NCBI GenBank assembly: GCA_002410925.1 | Contig: DHPR01000035.1 | Coordinates: 1-59,789 of the forward strand | Direction of reading: 5' to 3' | DNA length: 59,789 nt | Source: a bacterium UBP13_UBA5359 | GTDB lineage: Bacteria > UBP13 > UBA5359 | In this document: positions 29,654 to 37,960 of the stretch, piece by piece | Numbering within the stretch: the stretch's first letter is position 1 | Layout of the letters: each line of letters begins with the position of its first letter | Notes under the pieces: model-generated | Seen by the model: the letters and a program-made list of their open reading frames with translations, nothing else | Database searches by the model: none | Told to the model about the DNA's origin: nothing | Program-made: the position numbers and the translations under genes

Positions 29654-32128
29654 ATGAGAGCAAAGGCTTTCTTAATGTCTTTATTGCTTGGCGGGGGAGT
29701 ATGGTGCAGCCAGCCGTCAAGTGCGGCGGTCCGGCAGGATAAGAGCCTGCCGGCGGCATTTGCCGTTGTCCGGAGTGATTTCAGGGAAACGCTGTCGGTG
29801 TATTTCCGCAACGACTCTCCGGCTCCCGTAACGGTGAAAGATATTTTCGTCGGGGACGACAACGTCAGGGAACTGGCTGAAAAGGGGCAGAAGATGGATT
29901 TTCGGGAGGAGCGGGCCGGTGTGGTCAGATGGTATGACGCACTTCCGGAGACGGTCAAGCCCGGCGATTTCGGCCTGGTCAGAGTGAGGTACGGCAAGAA
30001 GGGCGAGCTGGGCAGGAACATCAGGGTCAGGCTGATATCTCAGGACGGTAAGGATGTGATCAACGAAGAATTGCCGGTAATGAGAGACCCTTGGGTGCAG
30101 TTCGATTACTATAGTTTCGATGCCGGTCTGAGGAAACTGACCCTTTATCTGGACGGCCCGGCGGATTTTCAGCTCGAGACACTCTATATCGGCGGCAGGG
30201 AGTTGTTTTGTTCGGTGAAAGAGATACCTCTGGCGGCAGGAAAAAAACTACTCTTGGAGGCAACCCTGGAAGAGGCGGCCAACGAAGGCGCTTATCTGAT
30301 GGTAACGGCTGTTACCGATAAGGGATTGTGCGCTGCTCCGGTGCGGGCCATCAAGCCGTTCTTCTCTCTGGGCATGTTCCGGGTGTGCACCTGTGCGTCG
30401 GACGGTAAGACCGGGCCGCCGCCGGAGACGTGGCTCAGGGATTGCCAGGATCATTTCATCAATACCCTGACTTATGCTTATGAAAGCGATGAAGTTTTCG
30501 AGCAGGCCCTGCGCTATGGCTTGCGGTGCAGCTTTACTTGTCATTTCGAGAAAACAGCCGAAGCAGCCAGGCGGTTCTGTCTCCACCCTGCCTCCTGGGG
30601 CTGGTCTGTCTGCGATGAACCGGAGGGTTGGAATTGTCCTCCGATGCGCCTGGTAAAAGCCATGACCTCCTTGAGAGAGAACGCCCCCCTGCATCCCGGC
30701 TCCATGGTCTACTGCAACCGGCGCGCCTTTTTCGAATACGATTTCGATGACTTTCCGTTTGTGGATTACTATCCCGTCGCCTCCGCACCGTTGCAGGGAG
30801 CAGGCCGGATGGTGGAGATACTGAAATCCGCCGTCCGGCCCAAACCCGTGGGCTTTATACCGCAGGCATTCAGCGGCGGCGTCAACAAAAAGAACGGCAA
30901 CTCCAATCTGAATCGCTGGGGCAGGTTCCCCACGCCGGATGAAGAGCGGTTGATGGTCTACGATGCCGTGGCCAACGGGGCCAAAGCCCTGCATTATTTT
31001 GCCTATAACATAGAGCCGAACGAACCCGTTTACGGCGTAGGCGAAACCCAATCCCGGGAAGCAGGAGAGCTTTGGTCGGAGATTGGGAGGATAAATGCGG
31101 AACTGGAAGTGCTGGCGCCGTATCTCTGGTGCGGGGATGTCATGCCTCTGGGCAGTTCCCCGGAGGAGAATATAGATGTCAGGACTATCCTGGGCAGCGA
31201 TGTGCTGACGGTTTTCCTGCTGAATCGCGACAATACGTACACCAGAGAAGGCTTTGCATCCCGCCCCCGGCGGAATATCCGGATCAAGGTGAATGTGCCC
31301 TCATGGTTCAAGCCCTTTAAAGTCTGTGAGGTAAACCGGCAGGGCCGGCGCGAACTGCCTTACAGGATGAACAAGGGCTGCCTGGAGGTAAGCGTCCCAG
31401 ACCTGAGAGTTTGCAGTACCCTGGTAATTCCGGGGAGCGAAAGGGTCTGGCTGGATGTTCTGGGAAGAATGTTCGATACCCTCAACCCTGTCAGAGAACT
31501 GGTAAAGGTGCCAGTCATCGACGGTAGCTTGGCCGACTGGGAGGGGGTGGAGCCTCTGGTGCTCGATCCGGTCATGGCCCGGCCGGAATTTTACTATTCT
31601 TCAGCTTACAGGGAATCAGACGATTTGAATGTCAAGATCTACCTGGGGTGGGACAGGAAGAACCTCTATATAGCTGCCCGGGTCAAGGATAACATCTTCA
31701 AGCAGACCAAGTCGGGAGAGGGCATCTGGAGTGAAGACGCGTTGCAGCTGGCCGTGGCCCTTCCATCCGGCATAGACAAGACGGACCGGAGGGAAAGCAG
31801 GTCGGAGTACGGCTTTGCCCTCACCCGTGACGGTGCACAGGCCTACTGCTGGCACAGCCTGCAGCCGGCCGGAGAAGGCTTGCGGCATGATATACCGGTT
31901 GCTGTCAGGAGAACCGGTAACCTTACCGTTTACGAAGCGGCTGTGCCGCTGCAGGAACTGCAACTGTCGCCGGCAAAACCGTTCGGGCTGAATTTTGCCG
32001 TAATCGATGCGGATGACGGCGGCTACTGGAATATCCCCAAGTTCATGCAGCTTTCGCCCGGCATCGTGGGTGGTAAAGGTGTCTCGGGTTTTAAAAAGTT
32101 CATTCTGACGGAAGGAGCAGGACAGTGA
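29654..32128 (+). CDS. secreted hypothetical protein with a GH-like TIM-barrel region and C-terminal CBM9-like domain
   Basis: Signal peptide; WSVCDEP, DYYPV, PQAF, RFPTPDEERLMVYDAVANGAKALHYF; C-terminal IDGSLADW...WDRKNLY. Confidence 0.75.
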   Translation: MRAKAFLMSLLLGGGVWCSQPSSAAVRQDKSLPAAFAVVRSDFRETLSVYFRNDSPAPVTVKDIFVGDDNVRELAEKGQKMDFREERAGVVRWYDALPETVKPGDFGLVRVRYGKKGELGRNIRVRLISQDGKDVINEELPVMRDPWVQFDYYSFDAGLRKLTLYLDGPADFQLETLYIGGRELFCSVKEIPLAAGKKLLLEATLEEAANEGAYLMVTAVTDKGLCAAPVRAIKPFFSLGMFRVCTCASDGKTGPPPETWLRDCQDHFINTLTYAYESDEVFEQALRYGLRCSFTCHFEKTAEAARRFCLHPASWGWSVCDEPEGWNCPPMRLVKAMTSLRENAPLHPGSMVYCNRRAFFEYDFDDFPFVDYYPVASAPLQGAGRMVEILKSAVRPKPVGFIPQAFSGGVNKKNGNSNLNRWGRFPTPDEERLMVYDAVANGAKALHYFAYNIEPNEPVYGVGETQSREAGELWSEIGRINAELEVLAPYLWCGDVMPLGSSPEENIDVRTILGSDVLTVFLLNRDNTYTREGFASRPRRNIRIKVNVPSWFKPFKVCEVNRQGRRELPYRMNKGCLEVSVPDLRVCSTLVIPGSERVWLDVLGRMFDTLNPVRELVKVPVIDGSLADWEGVEPLVLDPVMARPEFYYSSAYRESDDLNVKIYLGWDRKNLYIAARVKDNIFKQTKSGEGIWSEDALQLAVALPSGIDKTDRRESRSEYGFALTRDGAQAYCWHSLQPAGEGLRHDIPVAVRRTGNLTVYEAAVPLQELQLSPAKPFGLNFAVIDADDGGYWNIPKFMQLSPGIVGGKGVSGFKKFILTEGAGQ

Positions 32129-34374
32129 GGTTGATGTTTATAATGATGATGGTGAGCAGTATGCTCCTACTGTCGGTGCCGGGGGCGGGAGCGTCCGAGA
32201 CGGGTATGGTCGGCTGGTGGCCGCTGGATGAGGGATATGGCAGAACGGTTTATGATCTTTCCGTGCTGAGGACTAACGGCACGATTTACGGTGCCGCCTG
32301 GGCGGCCGGTCTGACCGGTTCCTGTCCTGAGCTTACCGGCCCCGGCGAATTCATCCTTATTCCACACCGAGAGGAGTTCGATTTCGATAAAGAGTTTACC
32401 GTCTCCGCCTGGATATGCCCGTTTGCCCTGGCAGAGGGTGTGATTTTCGGCAACGGGGACGGGCACTTATCCGGCTATGTCTTTCAATTGAACGACGGTG
32501 GGTTGAGTGCAGTTCTGAAGAGAGACGGACAAACATGCCGAAGGATAGGGTACAGCGTCACCACGCCGAAGCTGTTACAGGAGAATGTCTGGTCGCATGT
32601 CAGCATTACCTACGACGGCGCCCAAAACGGGGTGCGGTTCTTTTGCGACGGCGCCAGGGCAGGAATCAGGCTGAAGGATAAAGAGGCGGCAGAACTATCG
32701 CCTGCAGGCAGGATTCGCTACCATGAAAAATGGGAAGATGCCAACGTGGCCCAGGTAAGCATCGGCACTTCTCCTATCTTCCCGTTGCGTTTCGGGCAGT
32801 TTCGCGGCCTGATCAGGGACGTTAAGCTTTACCGGCGTGCCCTGAGCGATGAAGAGATCATGGCCGATTATTTGAGAAGCGCTGCATCGATAGGCGCCCT
32901 TAAGGTAACGACCACCAGGGACAGGGAACGAAGCTGGCTTACCTGCCGCATCAAAGGCAGGACGGTGGATGAAAAGGGTAATCCGGTGGAGGCAAAACTC
33001 TCCCTGTCGGTCAATGGCAAATACTACTTTCCTGACGATACGCTCAGTTGGGGTGACAGAAATGGTGCTTCCTTCATTTCACCCAGGGGGGGCTTTGCTC
33101 TGGGCGTTCCACCAGGCAAGATAAGAATTGAGGCGTTTGGCGGCCCGGAGTTCTTTACGGCATCCCTGGAACTGGAGATGAAGGACAAATCGGAACAGGA
33201 ACTGATCATCGAGATGAAGCGATTGGTGGATATGCCGTCGCTGGGATGGTACGGAGGAGAGCATCATCTTCATTCCTATGGGCACGGCAAGGGGAAGACA
33301 TACGATTTCTTTCAGAGGCCGGACGGCTGGCGCTGGTGGGCGGCGGCCGCCATGGCGGCCGGGTTTAATTATGTTTCCAGCCCGGTGCCCAACCCGCAAG
33401 GCAACATCGCTTCCGCCTGGAACGACAGGTTTATCTGCGCCTCAACCACCGAAGGCGGTCCCTGGCTGGACGAAACGTGCAAGATCTGGAAGGCTGTCGG
33501 CGGAGGCGGCATTTGTATGATCCCCGACATAACGGCGGCGGAGAAGGCCGGCGTTCTGGCAGTGCCGCAGGGTTATCCGGATAATTGGCAGGAACTCTTC
33601 TTCGATTCCAATGTCTTCGGCTTCGACCGTAGCTTCCCAGTGGCGGTCGCGCTGGAGAAGGTCTATATCTGGGATGTCTATTATCGGGGGAAAGCTGTAA
33701 CTGCCAAGGATTGGTACAGGTATCTCAACTCCGGTTTCAAGCTGGGTATCGGCTCCGGCTCGGACGAGTATCTGTCCATAAGCCCGGCACCCGAAGCCAA
33801 GGAATATACCAAGCTGGAGAGCCTGTCCTGGCCGGAGGTAATCAAGGGATACAAAAGAAGGTGTACCTTCTGGACCTCCGGTCCTCTGGTAGTTTGCAAG
33901 ATCAACGGCAGGGATATCGGCGATACGGTATTCCTGCCGGTAAACGGCTCCGGCAAAGCACTTCTCTCCATCGAGGCCTGGGACAGGTACGGCTTGCAGC
34001 GGATAGAGGTTGTCAGGAACGGTGAAGTGCTGCAGACACTCGATTTGACGGATAACCCAGCGCATACCGGCAAGGAACTTCAACTGAATATCGAAAACAC
34101 CTGCTGGCTGGCCTTGAGGCTCTATGGAGGCAGGGGAGGCTTTGCTCATACATCTCCCATATATATTCAGTATGGTGACCGGCCGATGGTTCCCAGGCAG
34201 GAGGACATTGACTACTTCCTGAACTGGGTGAAGATGTATCGCAAATTTGTAGTCGACAACGCTGAAAAACAGAAAGTCGCTCCCGATGTCCTGACGCAGA
34301 CATTGAATTGGATCGGCCAGGCGGAGAATGTCTATCAGGGCTTAAGTAAGCCGGCAAATTACAGAAAATGGTGA
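32125..34374 (+). CDS. secreted LamG-domain + PHP-fold (CehA/McbA-like) metallohydrolase
   Basis: VGWWPLDEG...FTVSAWI...WSHVSITYD...RALSDEEI LamG; GWYGGEHHLHS, WYRYLNSG...GSD, TSGP, FAHTSPIYI. Confidence 0.8.
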   Translation: MRLMFIMMMVSSMLLLSVPGAGASETGMVGWWPLDEGYGRTVYDLSVLRTNGTIYGAAWAAGLTGSCPELTGPGEFILIPHREEFDFDKEFTVSAWICPFALAEGVIFGNGDGHLSGYVFQLNDGGLSAVLKRDGQTCRRIGYSVTTPKLLQENVWSHVSITYDGAQNGVRFFCDGARAGIRLKDKEAAELSPAGRIRYHEKWEDANVAQVSIGTSPIFPLRFGQFRGLIRDVKLYRRALSDEEIMADYLRSAASIGALKVTTTRDRERSWLTCRIKGRTVDEKGNPVEAKLSLSVNGKYYFPDDTLSWGDRNGASFISPRGGFALGVPPGKIRIEAFGGPEFFTASLELEMKDKSEQELIIEMKRLVDMPSLGWYGGEHHLHSYGHGKGKTYDFFQRPDGWRWWAAAAMAAGFNYVSSPVPNPQGNIASAWNDRFICASTTEGGPWLDETCKIWKAVGGGGICMIPDITAAEKAGVLAVPQGYPDNWQELFFDSNVFGFDRSFPVAVALEKVYIWDVYYRGKAVTAKDWYRYLNSGFKLGIGSGSDEYLSISPAPEAKEYTKLESLSWPEVIKGYKRRCTFWTSGPLVVCKINGRDIGDTVFLPVNGSGKALLSIEAWDRYGLQRIEVVRNGEVLQTLDLTDNPAHTGKELQLNIENTCWLALRLYGGRGGFAHTSPIYIQYGDRPMVPRQEDIDYFLNWVKMYRKFVVDNAEKQKVAPDVLTQTLNWIGQAENVYQGLSKPANYRKW

Positions 34375-34381
34375 GGGAGGG

Positions 34382-37099
34382 GTGCAAATGGTGTGCATGG
34401 CCAGGTTAGGTATAGCGGCTGTAATGCTGTTACTTATAAGCAGCGCCGGAGTGCAGGCAGCACCACCGCAGGTGCTCAAGGCGGGCGATTATACGGCAAC
34501 CGCTAACTGGATAACTTACAAGGGTCAGGTGAGAATCGATATCGGATTGTTCTATGTCCATTCCGGCTGGAAGAAATTCTTTCTCCACAGCGCCGGTATC
34601 GGCAAGGATACCAGACGCGGCCTCGAAGGCAACCTTCTCTTTTATGAAAGCACAGCCATCGACGGTTCCTATACCGCCAGGCTTGAAGTGCGGACGGAGG
34701 GGGAAAGCGCCGTTGGCGTCGACTTCTATCTTACCAGACACCAGGCAGAGACGGAGGGCGGTTATTCGCTGATCCCCTTCAGCCTGAGCCCGGAGTTCAT
34801 GGCCGGGGCCAGGGTATCGGCCGTCAAAGACGGAAAGACCGTTAACAGTGTGCCCTTTTCCGGTGCCGGTGAGATAATCATCGATAGTCTGGGATACAAA
34901 TTGAAACTTACCTCCACCGCCGGAGGAGAGTGGCTGGCCCTTAACAAAAACAACTGGGTGAATCACTTCTACGGAAGTCTTAAGCCCGGCGAGGAGCGGC
35001 ACTGGGGAGCGAAGATAGAGTTCTCCGGCGATATGGAAAAAGCCGCGGCTGCCGCCGTCCCGGCGGCGGAACAGAAGCCGCCCAGAGACGTGGCCGACGC
35101 CCGTACACCCGGGAAGGATGATTTTCCGGTGATACCCCTGCCCCGGGAGATGAATCTGCGGCCGGGAACGTTTCGTCTCGGTTCCGGAACAAAGATAATA
35201 ACCGGCGGAGGAACGGGAGACGGCGATTCCGACGGCGCCGTTCTGCTGCAGAAGGAATTGAGAGAGATATACCGTTTGCCTGTCGAGATCAGGCCTGCCG
35301 CAGCAATGAAGTCGTTCAGGGGGCATATACTTGTCGGAGAACCCTGGAAGAACAGGGCCGTGCAGGAGGCACTGGCCGAACAGGCACTGACCGTCACGCC
35401 AGAGAGTCCCGGGAAGGAGGGCTATCTTCTGCTGATTACTCCGGAAGAAGTCGTCGTGGCCGGCTCGGATGACAGCGGGACATTCTGGGGTATTCAGACC
35501 CTGCTGCAACTGCTGCGGCAAGGCGGGAAGGAGGTCTGTCTGCCGGCACTGATAATCAGGGACCGGCCGGCTCTGCCGGTAAGAGGCGCCTGTTTCTTCA
35601 GTGAGGCGCCGGTGCCGGTAAGCTCGTTTGAAACGTTTGCCGAAAAGGTTATGGCCAGGCATAAGCTCAACACGCTGGTCCTCAGCCTGGATAACTGGTT
35701 CAATTTCCCTTCGCATCCGGAGATCAATCCCAAGGGGGTACAGAGAGGCGAGCTGGAAAAAGTATTAGAAATTTGTCAGCGCAACCGTATACGCGTCGTG
35801 CCCGAGATCGATTGCCTGAGGAGCGTCAGCGGCATTCTGAAAGCTCATCCTGAGTTGGCGGAGAACCCCCGGGAAAGTTACCCTGACGCCTGCCCCTCCA
35901 ATCCCGCCTTATACAAGCTGCTGGAGGATCTTTTCAGCGACGTGGAGGAGATTGCCAGGCCGTACGGCGGCTTTGACATCTTCTCCATCGCCTGCGACGA
36001 AGTGCAGCAGGCCGATTTCGGAATGTGTCAGAGGTGCAAGGCAACGGGTAAAACCCCGCCGGAGCTTTTTGCCCGGGCTATTACCTGCTGGCACGATTAC
36101 TGGGCGGCCAAAGGAATAAGAACTATGGTCATCGGTGATTCCCTGAGGCTGTACGGCCGGGGTCAGCTTGAGCCGGCCAGAAAGTTGATCCCCAAAGATA
36201 CGATCATCTCCTTCTGGGGATATGCCGGCGGCGGCACCCCCAGTCCCTTTAAAGAGGAAGGCTTTCCCGTTATCGGCTGCTGGCAGTTTCATTCCGGTAA
36301 TATCAGCGATTTTGCCGTATCGGTGCAGGACTGTGAAAAAGGTCTCGGCATATACGGGCTACATACCACGCTCAGCCGGGATTTGCTGCAGCAGGCATTG
36401 GATTATCCCAACGCCGCCCACAATGATTATTTGAATATCTACGCCGGGGATTGCGCCTGGAATCCCGGTAAGAGATCGCCGGCCGATCTTCCCTACAATA
36501 TGTATCAGCGTTATCTGGACCTGCTCTCCTGCAAACCCAACCTGTCACGGGATGAAAAGCCTCGCAAAGGCTTTCTAGTGGACCTGCAGCCTTATCTCAA
36601 CTACGATCTGCCGGCCCGTCTGAAGGACTTGCCGCGGGGAGAGGTCAGGCTGGGAGATACCCTGTTCGCCACCGGGGATAAGGGAGTCGTTGTCTGGGGA
36701 CCGCTGCTGGGAAGTATCCCGGAGAAGGTGTCTATTCCTATCGGCAGAAAAGCGGAATCCCTGGTTTTTCTGCACGGCTGCCTGAAGGATATCTGGGCTG
36801 ATTACAAAGGCTATGCAGGTTGGAAGGGTGAGGTGGGACGCTACCGCATTTTCCTGGAAGGGGATGCCGTTGTAGATGTAAATCTCGTTACCTGCGAACA
36901 GATACAGGCTTTCAGCGCCACCCCGGAAAGAGGGGTAACTGAGCCGGCCAGCATTGCCTGGCAGGGTCAAAGCGGACGCCTTTATTCCTGCCGCTGGAAA
37001 AACCCCGATCCGACTAGGATGATAGAGAAGATGGAGTTTATCTCCGGCAAGACCAAAGCCGGTCCCATGCTTTTGGCTGTTACGGGGCTGGAAGAATAA
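34382..37099 (+). CDS. secreted GH20-like beta-N-acetylhexosaminidase
   Basis: VIPLP, EGYLL...GTFWGIQTLLQL...IRDRP (GH20 domain 2), KLNTL, VVPEID, CPSNP, catalytic D-E pair in ACDEV. Confidence 0.82.
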   Translation: MQMVCMARLGIAAVMLLLISSAGVQAAPPQVLKAGDYTATANWITYKGQVRIDIGLFYVHSGWKKFFLHSAGIGKDTRRGLEGNLLFYESTAIDGSYTARLEVRTEGESAVGVDFYLTRHQAETEGGYSLIPFSLSPEFMAGARVSAVKDGKTVNSVPFSGAGEIIIDSLGYKLKLTSTAGGEWLALNKNNWVNHFYGSLKPGEERHWGAKIEFSGDMEKAAAAAVPAAEQKPPRDVADARTPGKDDFPVIPLPREMNLRPGTFRLGSGTKIITGGGTGDGDSDGAVLLQKELREIYRLPVEIRPAAAMKSFRGHILVGEPWKNRAVQEALAEQALTVTPESPGKEGYLLLITPEEVVVAGSDDSGTFWGIQTLLQLLRQGGKEVCLPALIIRDRPALPVRGACFFSEAPVPVSSFETFAEKVMARHKLNTLVLSLDNWFNFPSHPEINPKGVQRGELEKVLEICQRNRIRVVPEIDCLRSVSGILKAHPELAENPRESYPDACPSNPALYKLLEDLFSDVEEIARPYGGFDIFSIACDEVQQADFGMCQRCKATGKTPPELFARAITCWHDYWAAKGIRTMVIGDSLRLYGRGQLEPARKLIPKDTIISFWGYAGGGTPSPFKEEGFPVIGCWQFHSGNISDFAVSVQDCEKGLGIYGLHTTLSRDLLQQALDYPNAAHNDYLNIYAGDCAWNPGKRSPADLPYNMYQRYLDLLSCKPNLSRDEKPRKGFLVDLQPYLNYDLPARLKDLPRGEVRLGDTLFATGDKGVVVWGPLLGSIPEKVSIPIGRKAESLVFLHGCLKDIWADYKGYAGWKGEVGRYRIFLEGDAVVDVNLVTCEQIQAFSATPERGVTEPASIAWQGQSGRLYSCRWKNPDPTRMIEKMEFISGKTKAGPMLLAVTGLEE

Positions 37100-37119
37100 A
37101 TATAAACGAGAGGTGCACT

Positions 37120-37869
37120 ATGTTTGAAATATGCTCCAGGTTATTGGCAGGCGTTAGTCTTTTGTGGGTTCTAATTCTGAGTGCGATTCCGTCCGTTGCA
37201 AATGGGGAAGCTGCAAAGGAGATATCGTCCGTTAGTGCCGTCCCTGTCCTTTATCTGAACTTCGATGCCGGTATGGGCAATGTAGCCAGGGATAAGTCCG
37301 GCAATGACTATGACTGCAACTGCATCGGGGAACCGAAGTGGCTGAAGATGAAGCAGGGTTTTGCTCTGGAATTCGATGGGGTGGACGATATGGTAATGGT
37401 AAAGGGAGAGAAGATAAATATCTCGTCCTCGGCATCGTTCACCATCAGCCTTTGGATAAAGCCCGAGGCGGTGCAGAAGTCCAGATACAAGATATTTATG
37501 GGCGGCGGCAGGGATTGGGATGCTCAGACAGTGAGCATGACGATGAGAGAACTTTATCCGGGACGGGGCAACAGATGCCCGCTTGCGGTGGATGCCGGCT
37601 CCTGGCAGATGGTGGCTTTTACTTATGATGCCGGCAGCAAAACGGTTGCCGGTTACCTCAATGGCGAGCCGGTATCGAAGTCGGAGTGCAAAACGGACTT
37701 CGGTCCCGCCGGCGGTTTCGGCATCGGTGCCGGGGAGAGCGGTGTATATTACAAGGAGGGATACTTCAAAGGCTGGATCGATGAATTCAAAATATATGAC
37801 AGAGCTTTGGCAGCAGGAGAAATCAAAAACGAATACGAAAGATTAAAGGATGCTTTTGCCGGCGTTTGA
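37120..37869 (+). CDS. secreted LamG-like jellyroll protein
   Basis: Signal peptide; LNFDAG..DKSGN, ALEFDGVDD, FTISLWIKP, WQMVAFTYD, FKGWIDEFKIYDRAL. Confidence 0.88.
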   Translation: MFEICSRLLAGVSLLWVLILSAIPSVANGEAAKEISSVSAVPVLYLNFDAGMGNVARDKSGNDYDCNCIGEPKWLKMKQGFALEFDGVDDMVMVKGEKINISSSASFTISLWIKPEAVQKSRYKIFMGGGRDWDAQTVSMTMRELYPGRGNRCPLAVDAGSWQMVAFTYDAGSKTVAGYLNGEPVSKSECKTDFGPAGGFGIGAGESGVYYKEGYFKGWIDEFKIYDRALAAGEIKNEYERLKDAFAGV

Positions 37870-37960
37870 CGGAGCAAGCTGCCGCCGGTAAATATATGCA
37901 ACATACGGGCAGCAGAAGCATCAGGCAAAACAGGCAAATGATGTAACGGAGGGTTTAACC

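Noticed and set aside
34430-35716. 428-aa antisense ORF
   Set aside because: Shadow of the GH20-like gene in GC-rich sequence; no motifs
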